Below are positions 8,882 through 19,385 of a DNA stretch of 64,000 nucleotides, piece after piece. The notes beneath the pieces were generated by a model, which did not search any database, was not told the DNA's origin, and saw only the letters and a list, made by a program, of their open reading frames with translations. Both the position numbers and the translations under genes were made by a program. Each line of letters starts with the position of its first letter. Position 1 is the stretch's first letter. Source of the DNA: an uncultured Prevotellaceae bacterium (GTDB lineage: Bacteria > Bacteroidota > Bacteroidia > Bacteroidales > Bacteroidaceae); the NCBI GenBank assembly GCA_937900485.1, contig CALCEL010000027.1:2466-66465 (forward strand), written 5' to 3'.

Positions 8882-10261
8882 GTGAAGATTATCATTGCGG
8901 GTGCAGGTGCCGTGGGCACACATTTGGCTCGTCTGTTGTCTAAGGATAACATGGACGTGACGCTGATGGACAGTGATGTTGACAAGCTCAGTAAACTCAA
9001 TACTGAGCTTGATATCATGACTTTGCCCAAGTCACCGACGTCGATAAAAGCGCTGAAAAGCGCTGATGTGGATGACGCAGACTTGTTTATTGCCGTGACA
9101 CCACACGAAAGCGAGAATCTCACGTGTTGTATGCTCGCCAAACAACTGGGTGCCAAACGTACCGTGGCGCGAGTGGACAACTATGAGTATATGAAACCAG
9201 AGAACCTGACTCTTTTCCGTAACATGGGAATCGAGTCCCTGATTTATCCGGAGCTGCTCGCCGCACAGGATATAGCAAGTAGCTCCAAATACAGCTGGGT
9301 ACGTCAGATGTGGGAGTTCAACAATGGTGACATGGTTCTGCTGAGTGTGATGATGCACGAGTCAAATCCCAGGTCTGACAATGAGATAGAGAACACGAAT
9401 AATATTCTTGTCGGACACACACTGAAACAGATTGGTATAGTACATGGACACTTCTTTCATGTCGTCGCCATCAAACGTAATGGAGAGACCGTGGTGCCTT
9501 ATGGTGATGAGAAGATATTGCCGAGAGACCTCGTTTTCTTCATGACTACGAAAGAAGGAATTAGTATCATCAAGAAATTATCGGGAAAAGAGGACTATCC
9601 GGATACGGAGCACACCGTTATTATCGGAGGCTCTAAGCTGGCTGTCAGAGCCGACTGGGCATTGCCCGACTCTTATTCGCTTAAGATTATAGAGCCTGAT
9701 GTGGAACGTTGTCAGGAGCTGGGTGCCCTGACTAAAGACCGCACTCTCATCATCAATGGTGAGGGGTACGACATGGATTTGCTTAATGATGAGGGATTCA
9801 ATCATCTCGAGGCGTTCTTCTCACTGACAGATAATGATGAGCAGAATATATTGGCATGTGTGGCGGCAAGAAGGAAAGGCGTGCGTAAGACGATAGCTCA
9901 GGTCGAGAATATCGATTACTTTGACATGGCTGAGAATCTTGATGTAGGTACTATAATAAATAAGAAGGTCATAGCCGCAAGTCACATATATAGGATGTTG
10001 CTTCAGGGTGATGTGGATAATGTGAAGATGCTTACGGTGGCTGACGCTGATGTGGCGGAGTTTATCGTGAAGGAGAAGTCAAAGGTGACACAGTATCCTA
10101 TTATGCAGCTCAGTCTGCCGAGAGGTGTGAACATAGGTGGTATGATACGTGACGGCAAGAGTATGCTGGTGTCTGGAACGACACAGTTGCAGGCTGGCGA
10201 CAAGGTCGTGGTCTTCTGTATTGGTAATACTCTGAAGAAATTGGATAAGTGGTTCAGATGA
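8882..10261 (+). CDS. trkA: Trk potassium uptake system NAD-binding protein
   Basis: 459 aa with two RCK/TrkA-N plus TrkA-C units. The Rossmann motif KIIIAGAGAVG sits at the very N-terminus, which requires the GTG start at 8882. Confidence 0.85.
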   Translation: MKIIIAGAGAVGTHLARLLSKDNMDVTLMDSDVDKLSKLNTELDIMTLPKSPTSIKALKSADVDDADLFIAVTPHESENLTCCMLAKQLGAKRTVARVDNYEYMKPENLTLFRNMGIESLIYPELLAAQDIASSSKYSWVRQMWEFNNGDMVLLSVMMHESNPRSDNEIENTNNILVGHTLKQIGIVHGHFFHVVAIKRNGETVVPYGDEKILPRDLVFFMTTKEGISIIKKLSGKEDYPDTEHTVIIGGSKLAVRADWALPDSYSLKIIEPDVERCQELGALTKDRTLIINGEGYDMDLLNDEGFNHLEAFFSLTDNDEQNILACVAARRKGVRKTIAQVENIDYFDMAENLDVGTIINKKVIAASHIYRMLLQGDVDNVKMLTVADADVAEFIVKEKSKVTQYPIMQLSLPRGVNIGGMIRDGKSMLVSGTTQLQAGDKVVVFCIGNTLKKLDKWFR

Positions 10262-10386
10262 TATTTTCGTAGTTTATCCGGATACTGTCGTGCCGGTGTC
10301 TTGATGTGTTCTTTGAAGACCAGTGAAGTGCCTCGCGTGACTCTTGGCTATAATTGTGGTAAGTCATATTTTTATCGTAAAAGGAA

Positions 10387-11874
10387 ATGATTAATTGGCG
10401 TCTCATATCTAAGATAACAGGAATGCTTCTTTTCATAGAAGCGGGTCTGATGGTCTTGTGTCAGATCGTGGCGTTCATCTATGATGAGGGGTTAAACTCT
10501 TTCGGACCGCCCATAGCCGCAGCTGTTGTGTTTGGCGTGTTATGCCTGATTTATGGATGTAAGGCAGGCTCAAACATGGGGCGTAAGGATGGTTATGTCG
10601 TGGTGTCAATAGTATGGGTCATCTTTACTATGATAGGTATGGTGCCGTTCTTGGTGTCTGGGACTTTGCCTGACATGGCGAGTGCTTTCTTCGAGACAAT
10701 GTCAGGTTTCACGTCGACGGGTGCCACGGTCATCGATAACATAAGTGAAGTCCCTCACAGTCTGTTGTTCTGGAGAAGTGTGACACAATGGATAGGAGGT
10801 ATAGGAATCGTGTTCTTCACTATCGCCATATTGCCAGCCTTCGGAGTGGGTGAGGTAAAACTGTTCGCCTGCGAGTCGACAGGCCCGCTTCATGACAAGG
10901 TGCATCCGAGAATAAGTGTGGCGGCAAAGTGGATAGGCTCGATCTATCTCATGCTCACTTTGCTGTGCGTCGCCTCTCTGGTATTGTGTGGCATGGATGT
11001 GTTCGACGCTGTGAACTACTCCATGTGTACGACGGCAACAGGTGGATACGGCACTCACTCTGAGATGTTACATGAGGTGTTCGGTAACTCTGCGTCAATA
11101 GAGTATGTGCTGACCTTTTTCATGTTTGTGTCAGGAATTAATTACACACTGATATATTTAACGATTCTCAAAGGTAAGCTGAAGCACTTCTTTTGTGACG
11201 CTGAGGTTCGTTGCTACTACTCAATAGTATTGTCTGCCACGTTGATATGTACTATTTCACTTTGTATTAACAATAATTTCTCCGACATTGAGTTGTCATT
11301 CAGAGAATCAATATTTACCGTCGTCTCTCTACAGACCACTACGGGACTCGCCACGTGCGACTATACTCTGTGGCCTGTACAGTTGATGCCGATTCTTTTG
11401 TTCGTGATGTTCGTCGGTGCCAGTTCGGGCAGCACCAGCGGCGGATTTAAGTGTGCGAGAATATCTATTATTTATCGTGTGTTGAAGAATGAGTTTGTTC
11501 GTATACTGCACCCTCGTGCCGTGATACCGGTGAGGCTTAATAACACTATCGTGCCTCATTCTGTTGTTCAGACTCTTCTCGGATTTATCACGCTCTTCGT
11601 GTTGGGGCTTTTCGGAGGCGCTTTCCTTCTTGCTATTTGTGGAGTGACTCCTAATCCGGAACATCCTCATTTCGACTATTATGAGGCTTTCGGACTTGCC
11701 TTGTCAAGCATAAGTAATGTGGGACCAGGAATGGGTTATTACGGTCCAGCTCACTCATGGATGATTCTCTCACCAGTGGCTAAGTGGATCTGTTCGTTCT
11801 TGATGCTTATCGGACGTCTGGAGATATTCCCGATAATAATACTCTTCACCCCGTCTTTTTGGGAGAAAAACTGA
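10387..11874 (+). CDS. trkH: Trk-type potassium uptake permease
   Basis: 495-aa polytopic membrane protein with TrkH-like selectivity-filter repeats (SGFTSTGAT, TTATGGYG, TTTGLAT, SNVGPG). Adjacent to trkA. Confidence 0.85.
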   Translation: MINWRLISKITGMLLFIEAGLMVLCQIVAFIYDEGLNSFGPPIAAAVVFGVLCLIYGCKAGSNMGRKDGYVVVSIVWVIFTMIGMVPFLVSGTLPDMASAFFETMSGFTSTGATVIDNISEVPHSLLFWRSVTQWIGGIGIVFFTIAILPAFGVGEVKLFACESTGPLHDKVHPRISVAAKWIGSIYLMLTLLCVASLVLCGMDVFDAVNYSMCTTATGGYGTHSEMLHEVFGNSASIEYVLTFFMFVSGINYTLIYLTILKGKLKHFFCDAEVRCYYSIVLSATLICTISLCINNNFSDIELSFRESIFTVVSLQTTTGLATCDYTLWPVQLMPILLFVMFVGASSGSTSGGFKCARISIIYRVLKNEFVRILHPRAVIPVRLNNTIVPHSVVQTLLGFITLFVLGLFGGAFLLAICGVTPNPEHPHFDYYEAFGLALSSISNVGPGMGYYGPAHSWMILSPVAKWICSFLMLIGRLEIFPIIILFTPSFWEKN

Positions 11875-11898
11875 TTTTATTAATACAAACAATTATAT

Positions 11899-13062
11899 AT
11901 GAGTCTTTTTTCGATTTGCCGCAGAGGTGCTTTGCTTCTGATTTTGCTACAAGTGATGTTCGCAACCTATCTTCATGCTTTCACTAACGGAAAGTTATGG
12001 ATGGATAATTCTGGTAAACATATCAACGCACATGGTGGTAATGTCATCAAGTATAACGGGAAATACTACTGGTATGGTGAGAATCGTCCTTATGTAGGAT
12101 TCACCACGACCGTCGGCGTCAGTGTGTATTCCAGTGACGACCTCAAGACGTGGACCAATGAGGGAGTGGCTTTGTCTATCAGCAATGAGGAGGGCAGCGA
12201 TATTGAGGCAGGATGTATAATGGAGCGTCCGAAGGTCATATATAATAAGAAGACGAATAAGTTCGTCATGCTTTTTCACCTTGAACTTAAAGGTCGTGGA
12301 TACGAGGCTGCTCGTGTGGCCTTTGCGGAGAGTGACACCCCTACGGGACCTTTCCGTTTTATCCGTTCTACTCGTATTAACGCCGGTATATGGCCTTTCG
12401 ATATGAAAAAGGCGGACAGAAAGGCTGCCATGGCTACTGACGCAGGAAAATGGAAAGACTGGTGGACTCCAGAGTGGAGAAAAGAGACGGAGAAGGGAAT
12501 GTATCTGTGGAGAGATTTCGAAGGGGGGCAGATGAGTAGGGACATGACGGTCTATGTCGATGAGAAAGGCAAGGCTTACCACATCACCTCATCTCAGGAG
12601 AATCTCACACTTCTTGTTAGTGAGCTGACGGATGACTATCTTGACTTCACGGGTAAGTATAACATGATTGCGCCAGGTGGACAGAATGAGGCTCCGACAA
12701 TCATGAGGCATGACGGTAAATACTGGCTTATATGTTCTGGATGTACCGGATGGGCTCCTAATGAGGCGAGAATGTTCGTGAGCGATAAGATCTGGGGACC
12801 ATGGAAACAGGTGAAGTCGCCGTTCAAGGGAGCTAACGCTACGTATAAGGATTTCCCTGCGTCTAAGACCTTCGGAGGACAAGGCACGTATATTCTTTCT
12901 GTTCCTGAAACCGATGATAAGGGAAAGACTGTGACTAAGTATATCTTTATGGCTGATATATGGAATCCGGAGCATTTGAGTGAGTCGTTACACATATGGC
13001 TTCCTATCAACTTTGACAGTGAGGCTACTCCAGAGATTATGTGGACGGACAAGGTGCTTTGA
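11899..13062 (+). CDS. Glycoside hydrolase family 43-like protein, secreted
   Basis: Signal peptide. Five-bladed-propeller GH43-style blocks: HGGNVIKYNGKYYWYGE, MERPKVIY, EAPTIMRHDGKYWLICSGCTGW. Confidence 0.65.
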   Translation: MSLFSICRRGALLLILLQVMFATYLHAFTNGKLWMDNSGKHINAHGGNVIKYNGKYYWYGENRPYVGFTTTVGVSVYSSDDLKTWTNEGVALSISNEEGSDIEAGCIMERPKVIYNKKTNKFVMLFHLELKGRGYEAARVAFAESDTPTGPFRFIRSTRINAGIWPFDMKKADRKAAMATDAGKWKDWWTPEWRKETEKGMYLWRDFEGGQMSRDMTVYVDEKGKAYHITSSQENLTLLVSELTDDYLDFTGKYNMIAPGGQNEAPTIMRHDGKYWLICSGCTGWAPNEARMFVSDKIWGPWKQVKSPFKGANATYKDFPASKTFGGQGTYILSVPETDDKGKTVTKYIFMADIWNPEHLSESLHIWLPINFDSEATPEIMWTDKVL

Positions 13063-13123
13063 GCCTTTCTTTCCAATGTGACCATGTCGGATGATTTATT
13101 CAAGTAATGTAAGCTTGTCAAAT

Positions 13124-14356
13124 ATGAATAATATGATAAAAGTAAGTGCGCCGCAGCGTGTTAAAGGAGAGGTGAGACTGCCATCGTCAAAAAGTATCTG
13201 TAATCGCGCTTTGATTATTAACTCGTTGGCTGGTAATGATGAGATGCCGCAGAATCTGTCGGACTGTGATGACACACGTGTGATGGTTGATTGGCTTACA
13301 CGCAGACCTGATGTTATAGACATAGGAGCGGCTGGTACTGCTATGCGTTTCTCCACGGCTCTGTTGGCAGTCACAAAGGGCACATATGTCATTACGGGAA
13401 CGGAGAGAATGAAGAACAGACCTGTTTCCGTGCTTGTTGACGCATTGAGGCAGCTGGGCGCTGATGTCAAGTATGTGGAGAAAGAAGGCTATCCTCCTTT
13501 AAGTGTCACAGGCAATGAGAAACTGCCAGGTGGCGACATTGAACTGTCAGGCAGTGTCAGCTCACAGTATGTGTCTGCTTTGCTTATGATAGCGCCGGTG
13601 ATGAGTAACGGACTGCGACTGGTGCTTCAAGGTAATGTGGTGAGTAGACCATATATCGACATGACCATCTCGTTGATGTCTGAGTTTGGCGCCGAAGTGA
13701 AATGGGAAACATCAAACTCCATCGTGGTTAGACCTGTGACATACAAAAAACGTCAGTATTATGTGGAGAGTGACTGGAGCGCTGCCAGTTATTGGTACGA
13801 GATGACAGCATTGACAAAAGACCCTGATGTGGAGATAACACTACCAGGATTACATAAGAAAAGCATGCAGGGTGACTCTAAGGTAGCTGACCTTTTCGGA
13901 CAGCTTGGAGTGGAGACGTCTTACTCTGACGCAGGCGTGACGTTAAGAAAATGTGTGAGAAGAACAGACAAACTTGAGTACGATTTTGTTGAAATACCCG
14001 ATCTTGCTCAGACGTTCGTAGTTACATGTTGTATGTTAGGTATACCATTTCACTTCACTGGTTTGCAGAGTCTGAAGATAAAGGAGACAGATCGTATAGA
14101 GGCTTTGAAGTGTGAGTTGAGGAAGCTTGGCTACTTAATTCAGGACAGTAACGACTCTGAGCTTTCATGGAATGGCGAGAAGTGTGACGTCCAGGCGGCA
14201 CCTGCGATTGACACGTATGAGGATCATCGTATGGCTATGGCCTTTGCTCCTTGTGCACTCTGTCTTGGTGAGATAAATATTAATAATCCACAAGTTGTGT
14301 CCAAATCTTATCCTGGCTATTGGGATGATTTGAAATCAGTTGGTTTTGCGTTATGA
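13124..14356 (+). CDS. aroA: 3-phosphoshikimate 1-carboxyvinyltransferase (EPSP synthase)
   Basis: LPSSKSICNRALI, GAAGTAMRF and SSQYVSALLM motifs. The start is placed at the ATG at 13124. Confidence 0.9.
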   Translation: MNNMIKVSAPQRVKGEVRLPSSKSICNRALIINSLAGNDEMPQNLSDCDDTRVMVDWLTRRPDVIDIGAAGTAMRFSTALLAVTKGTYVITGTERMKNRPVSVLVDALRQLGADVKYVEKEGYPPLSVTGNEKLPGGDIELSGSVSSQYVSALLMIAPVMSNGLRLVLQGNVVSRPYIDMTISLMSEFGAEVKWETSNSIVVRPVTYKKRQYYVESDWSAASYWYEMTALTKDPDVEITLPGLHKKSMQGDSKVADLFGQLGVETSYSDAGVTLRKCVRRTDKLEYDFVEIPDLAQTFVVTCCMLGIPFHFTGLQSLKIKETDRIEALKCELRKLGYLIQDSNDSELSWNGEKCDVQAAPAIDTYEDHRMAMAFAPCALCLGEININNPQVVSKSYPGYWDDLKSVGFAL

Positions 14357-14772
14357 CGATTCTTGTATTATCAATAGTGGTTCTTGGTTTGGTGGCTTTC
14401 CTCGCCGGATGGCAGAGAGAGAGAAAGTTGAAGAAGATGTTGGAGAATGGTGAGATATCTGAGCTGCCGAGTATAAAGCAAGTGGAGGATATGGAGTGTT
14501 GCGGTCAGCATGAGACATGTGAGAAGGAGAGTCTGCTTGCCGCTGTGAGCAAGGACATTGTTTATTATAATGATGAGGAGCTGGACAGGTTCAGGGGGAC
14601 GCCTCCGTCAATGTATCAGGAGAAGGACGTGGACGAGTTCCGTGATGTCTTATATACGATGAAAGAAGATGAGGTGGCAGGTTGGGTCAGGAGTCTTCAG
14701 CTCAGAGCCGTGGAATTGCCTGATGAGTTGAGAGATGAGGTGTTCATGATTGTCGGAGAACGTCGTTCGTGA
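14353..14772 (+). CDS. Hypothetical N-terminally membrane-anchored acidic protein
   Basis: 139 aa. Its start overlaps the aroA stop (ATGA). One N-terminal TM helix, a CCGQHETC cysteine/histidine cluster and an acidic C-terminal half. No family recognised. Confidence 0.55.
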   Translation: MTILVLSIVVLGLVAFLAGWQRERKLKKMLENGEISELPSIKQVEDMECCGQHETCEKESLLAAVSKDIVYYNDEELDRFRGTPPSMYQEKDVDEFRDVLYTMKEDEVAGWVRSLQLRAVELPDELRDEVFMIVGERRS

Positions 14773-14806
14773 ATAATAATTATTTGTTTCTTGCGTTATT
14801 CATTGT

Positions 14807-17701
14807 ATGCGGACTCTTGTTAAGTTTTTATCATTAGTGATGACGATGGTCATCGTTGTGTCGTGCTCCACAAAGAAAAACACGGCAATGACCAGGCGTG
14901 TCCAAGCTTTTAAGGCACACTACAACACGTACTACAACGGGCAGTTGGCCTTTAAGGATGGTGAATTGGCGCAGGAGACGGGTAACAAGGACAATTTCAC
15001 GGACGTCATACCTTTCTACATGACAGGTAATAAGACTACTGTCACGCTGGGTAAGTCAGACTTCGACAGAGCTGTGGAGAAATGTCAAAAGACAATAAAG
15101 CAGCACTCCATCACAAAAAGACCGGAGTGGAAAGGTAATAAGGTGCAGACACCTAAAGACAAGATATGGCTCAATCAGAAAGAATACAACACATTTCTTT
15201 ACAAGGCATGGTTCCTGTTGGGAGAGAGTCAGTTCAGAAAAGGTGAATACATGGAAGCAGCTTCCACTTTCGCTTACATACAACATATATATTTTTCGAA
15301 TCCGGACATCATTGCCAAGGCACGTCTGCTCGAAGCTAAGTGTTATGTGGAGCTTGAGTGGTACTACGACTCGGAAGATCTGTTAAACAAGACCGAGAGA
15401 GATAGTTTTCCTACAAATCTCAAGTCACTCAAGGCATCCGTTGAGGCTAATATCTTTGTTCGTCAGAAACAGTATGAAGAGGCCATACCCAACCTGCTGT
15501 TGGCGGTAAAAAAAGAAAAACGCTCATTACAAAAGACCCGTATTTATTACCTCTTAGGCCAGTTATACCATCGGACTGGTAATGATGTCAGTGCTTATAA
15601 GTATTATTCCAAGGTTATCAAGCGTAATCCAGCTTATGAACTTGAGTTTAATGCCAGGATACATCGGACGGAATGTATCACTAACGGACAGTTAAAGCAG
15701 ATTCGTTACCTGCAGTCCATGGCGAGGAGCGAGAAGAACAAGGACTATCTCGATCAGGTGTATTATGCAATCGGTAACGTTTATCTGAGCATGGGCGATA
15801 CCATTGGTGCCATCAATTCTTATGAGACGGGTGTGGAGAAAAGCACGAGGAACGGTATAGAGAAAGGCGTGTTGTTGCTACACTTGTCGAGGTTATATTG
15901 GCAGACCGAGAAATTCGTGAAATGTCAGAAGACATACTCTGAGGCTTTAAGCTTGTTCGATAAGGATATGGATGATTACGCCGAGATATATGAGCGTTCC
16001 AAAATCCTTGACGACCTGTTGCCTTACGCCTCAGCCGTGGAGCTTCAGGACAGTCTGCAAAGACTCGCTAAGATGTCACCTCAGCAACGTGAGAAAGTTA
16101 TCGAGAAGATAATCGAGGAGTTGAAGAAGAAAGAAAAAGAGGAGGAGAGAAAGGCGGCAGAGTCTGAGGAGGCGGCTAAGTCTGCGTCTACCAATACGAG
16201 AAACAATAAAACAAATAACGGAAGAGTAAATAATAATACTAACGCCAACAACTCTCAGAAATCAGTTTGGTATTTCTACAACGCCACGACAGTCGAAGCC
16301 GGAAAGAAAGAGTTCGCCAATAAGTGGGGGAAAAGAAAGTTAGCGGATGACTGGAGACGTAGCAATGTCACTGTGTTGTCGGACTATAATGCGGAAGAGC
16401 AAACGGATTCCGTGAGTGCGGACAGTACGCAGAGAAAAGATATGCAGGCTGAGTCAAGCACAAAGGACAAGAAGGCTGACAAGAAACGACAGAAAGAGGA
16501 AGAGAAGGCCAATGACCCACATAATGTGGAATATTACCTGAAGGACATACCTCTTACTGAGGAGCAGATGGACGAGTCCAACAGCTCGTTGGTGGATGGT
16601 CTGTACGGCTCTGCTATTATATATAAGGATGAGATGGAGAACCTGCCGCTTGCCAAACGTACGTTTAACAGGATTTTAACTGACTTCCCTGATTTTGGGA
16701 GCAAGGACGAGGTGTATTATAATCTGTTTCAGTTATATTCGCGTATGAATGATAGTCTGACCGCCGAGGACTACAGACAGAAACTGTTGAGCGAATATCC
16801 GCAGAACGAGCACGCAAAGCTTATAGCTGACCCACTGTTCCTTTATAAAGGGAAATACGGAAAACATATTGAGGACTCCATTTACACCGAGGCGTATAAT
16901 GACTTCTGCCAGGGAAACTTCCGGTCTGTAGTCGAGAAAAACGAATATGCCTCACGTGAGTACCCTAACGGAGACAACAGAGCCAGATTCTTGTTTATTA
17001 CAGCGATGAGTAAACTGGAACTCGGAGAGAGAGAGGAATTTCTCTCCGCCATGAGAGACATTGTGGAGAATTATCCGAAGAGCACCATAAGTGAGCTGGC
17101 AGGTATGTATGTGAAAGGACTGAAGGAGGGACGTCTGTTAGCCAGTGGAAAATTTGATATGGGCTCAATTTGGGAGAGAAGACATGGAGTGGGAGAAGAT
17201 GGTGACAGTCTGGCCGTTGACACCACTTTCTCGAAAGAGAAGAACAATGACTGGGTGTTCGCCATAGCGTATGAACGTGACAGCGTCGATGAGAACCAAC
17301 TGCTTTTTGAAATCGCCAAGTACAATTTCACCAACTTCACAGTCAGGAACTTCGATATAGCGACTGACAAGGGAGACGGAATAGACATGCTTCAGGTCCG
17401 TACGTTCAACAATTATGATGAGGCTTACATTTACCTGCATCGACTGATGAACAACGAGGAGATGGCATATAAGCTTGGCGGACTGAAATGTTTCATTATC
17501 TCTGAGGAAAACCTTAAGTTGTTGATGAAAGGATTCAGCTTCGCAGACTATTTCGAGTTCTATGATGAGAATTTTGACAGGCTAGGACACTTACAGGTTG
17601 ATGATGACACTCTGGACTCAACGGATGAGATAATCAACTATGATGAGCAGGAGGAAGAATACTACGAGGAAGAAGAGGAAGAAGAGAATTTCATATTCTG
17701 A
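14807..17701 (+). CDS. porW: TPR-repeat outer-membrane lipoprotein, PorW/SprE-like (type IX secretion)
   Basis: Lipobox VVSC followed by STKKNT...R..AFKAHYNTYYNG, as at SprE/PorW N-termini. Multiple TPR-like segments, K/E- and N-rich low-complexity linkers and an acidic tail. Located directly upstream of a PorX-like gene. Confidence 0.5.
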   Translation: MRTLVKFLSLVMTMVIVVSCSTKKNTAMTRRVQAFKAHYNTYYNGQLAFKDGELAQETGNKDNFTDVIPFYMTGNKTTVTLGKSDFDRAVEKCQKTIKQHSITKRPEWKGNKVQTPKDKIWLNQKEYNTFLYKAWFLLGESQFRKGEYMEAASTFAYIQHIYFSNPDIIAKARLLEAKCYVELEWYYDSEDLLNKTERDSFPTNLKSLKASVEANIFVRQKQYEEAIPNLLLAVKKEKRSLQKTRIYYLLGQLYHRTGNDVSAYKYYSKVIKRNPAYELEFNARIHRTECITNGQLKQIRYLQSMARSEKNKDYLDQVYYAIGNVYLSMGDTIGAINSYETGVEKSTRNGIEKGVLLLHLSRLYWQTEKFVKCQKTYSEALSLFDKDMDDYAEIYERSKILDDLLPYASAVELQDSLQRLAKMSPQQREKVIEKIIEELKKKEKEEERKAAESEEAAKSASTNTRNNKTNNGRVNNNTNANNSQKSVWYFYNATTVEAGKKEFANKWGKRKLADDWRRSNVTVLSDYNAEEQTDSVSADSTQRKDMQAESSTKDKKADKKRQKEEEKANDPHNVEYYLKDIPLTEEQMDESNSSLVDGLYGSAIIYKDEMENLPLAKRTFNRILTDFPDFGSKDEVYYNLFQLYSRMNDSLTAEDYRQKLLSEYPQNEHAKLIADPLFLYKGKYGKHIEDSIYTEAYNDFCQGNFRSVVEKNEYASREYPNGDNRARFLFITAMSKLELGEREEFLSAMRDIVENYPKSTISELAGMYVKGLKEGRLLASGKFDMGSIWERRHGVGEDGDSLAVDTTFSKEKNNDWVFAIAYERDSVDENQLLFEIAKYNFTNFTVRNFDIATDKGDGIDMLQVRTFNNYDEAYIYLHRLMNNEEMAYKLGGLKCFIISEENLKLLMKGFSFADYFEFYDENFDRLGHLQVDDDTLDSTDEIINYDEQEEEYYEEEEEEENFIF

Positions 17702-17767
17702 CGATGACTCTCATGTGGGGGCAGATTGAGAAGGAGATAACAGTAATAACAATAAAACGATAACAGC

Positions 17768-19318
17768 GTGAACGGAACATTATTGTGGGTGGATGATGAG
17801 ATTGAACTGCTCAAAGCACACATCATCTTTCTGAGAAATAAAGGATATGACGTGGAAACAGCCAGCAATGGACAGGACGCCATAGAGGCATGCCGTGAGC
17901 GCAGATTCGACCTCGTCCTGCTGGATGAGAACATGCCGGGCCTGAGTGGTTTGGAGACATTGTCCATACTCAAGGATGACAACCCCACTCTGCCTGTCGT
18001 CATGGTGACCAAGAGCGAGGAGGAGAATATCATGGACTTGGCTATAGGATCGAAGATAGCTGACTACCTCATCAAGCCTGTCAATCCGTCACAGATACTG
18101 CTCACACTGAAAAAACACCTGCATAAGCATGAGATAGAGAAAGAGGTGGCAAACACCAGTTATCAGCAGAACTTCTCAAAGTTAGGCATGCAAATCAATG
18201 ACTCGTATAGCATCGACGACTGGAAAGATGTGTATAAGCGTCTTGTGTTCTGGGAGCTTGAGCTGGCGGATACAAGTAGTGACATGTCCGAGATGCTCAT
18301 GATGCAGAAGAATGAGGCGAACAACGGGTTCGCTAAGTTCATCAGGAGAAACTACATGGACTGGATGCGTAATCCGGACACACGTCCTTTGATGTCTCCT
18401 GACATCTTTAAGTCCAAGGTCTTTCCTTTACTCAACAACGGAGAGAAAGTGTACCTCTTTGTGTTTGACAATTTCCGGTATGACCAATGGCGTATACTCA
18501 GCCATGAGTTGTCTGACGAGTTCTCGTTTGACGAGGAGCTTTATGTCTCAATACTGCCGACAGCCACTCAGTATGCGAGAAACGCAATATTCTCTGGACT
18601 GATGCCTGAGCAGATTGCCACTATGTATCCTGACCTGTGGGTGGACGAGGATGAGGAGGATGGAAAAAACATGAACGAGGAGCCATTGATAAAGACACAG
18701 CTGGAGAGATTCAGAAGAAAGAACACGTTCTCTTATTTCAAACTCAATAACGCTAATGACTCCGAGAAGATTATGGATAAGATGAAGAGCATAGCGGATA
18801 ATGACCTGAATGTCTTCGTCGTCAATTTCATCGATATGCTGTCGCATGCCAGAACGGAGTCGAGGATGGTGAGAGAGCTGGCATCCGACGAGAAGGCTTA
18901 CAGGAGTATCACAGCATCGTGGTTTCATAACTCACCTGTGCGTGAGTTGTTCTCCGCACTCAGTCGTACGGATGCCAAGATAATCGTCACGACAGATCAT
19001 GGCAGCATACGTGTCAATAATCCTATTAAAGTCATTGGCGACAGAAACACTAACACAAATCTCAGATATAAACTCGGTAAGAACCTGTCGTACAACCAGA
19101 AACAGGTGTTTGAGATGAAGAACCCGAAAGACGCCTTTCTGCCTTCTCCGAATATCAGCACCACATATATCTACGCTCAGAATGACGACTTCTTCGCATA
19201 TCCGAATAACTACAATTATTATGTCAGCTATTTCAAGAACACGTTTCAGCACGGAGGAATAAGCATGGAGGAGATGCTGATACCGCTGATTGTCATGCAG
19301 AGCAAGAAAAGAGGATAG
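17768..19318 (+). CDS. porX: Response regulator with receiver plus PglZ (alkaline-phosphatase-like) domains, PorX-like
   Basis: 516 aa. CheY-like receiver (LWVDDE, LVLLDENMPG, KP motif) followed by a long PglZ-type domain. Size and architecture match the T9SS regulator PorX. GTG start. Confidence 0.7.
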   Translation: MNGTLLWVDDEIELLKAHIIFLRNKGYDVETASNGQDAIEACRERRFDLVLLDENMPGLSGLETLSILKDDNPTLPVVMVTKSEEENIMDLAIGSKIADYLIKPVNPSQILLTLKKHLHKHEIEKEVANTSYQQNFSKLGMQINDSYSIDDWKDVYKRLVFWELELADTSSDMSEMLMMQKNEANNGFAKFIRRNYMDWMRNPDTRPLMSPDIFKSKVFPLLNNGEKVYLFVFDNFRYDQWRILSHELSDEFSFDEELYVSILPTATQYARNAIFSGLMPEQIATMYPDLWVDEDEEDGKNMNEEPLIKTQLERFRRKNTFSYFKLNNANDSEKIMDKMKSIADNDLNVFVVNFIDMLSHARTESRMVRELASDEKAYRSITASWFHNSPVRELFSALSRTDAKIIVTTDHGSIRVNNPIKVIGDRNTNTNLRYKLGKNLSYNQKQVFEMKNPKDAFLPSPNISTTYIYAQNDDFFAYPNNYNYYVSYFKNTFQHGGISMEEMLIPLIVMQSKKRG

Positions 19319-19385
19319 ACGTTAAGATAATAAATGATTGACGAGTTTTCTGACAGAAGACCACGGACTCAAAAAAATAACAGAT

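Noticed and set aside
17640-17701. The GAA/GAG-rich tract at the 3' end of the PorW-like gene, considered as a possible simple-sequence contingency repeat.
   Set aside because: It is an imperfect codon-level acidic tail (E/Y-rich). It is not a homopolymeric or perfect tandem repeat likely to slip, and it lies at the extreme C-terminus.
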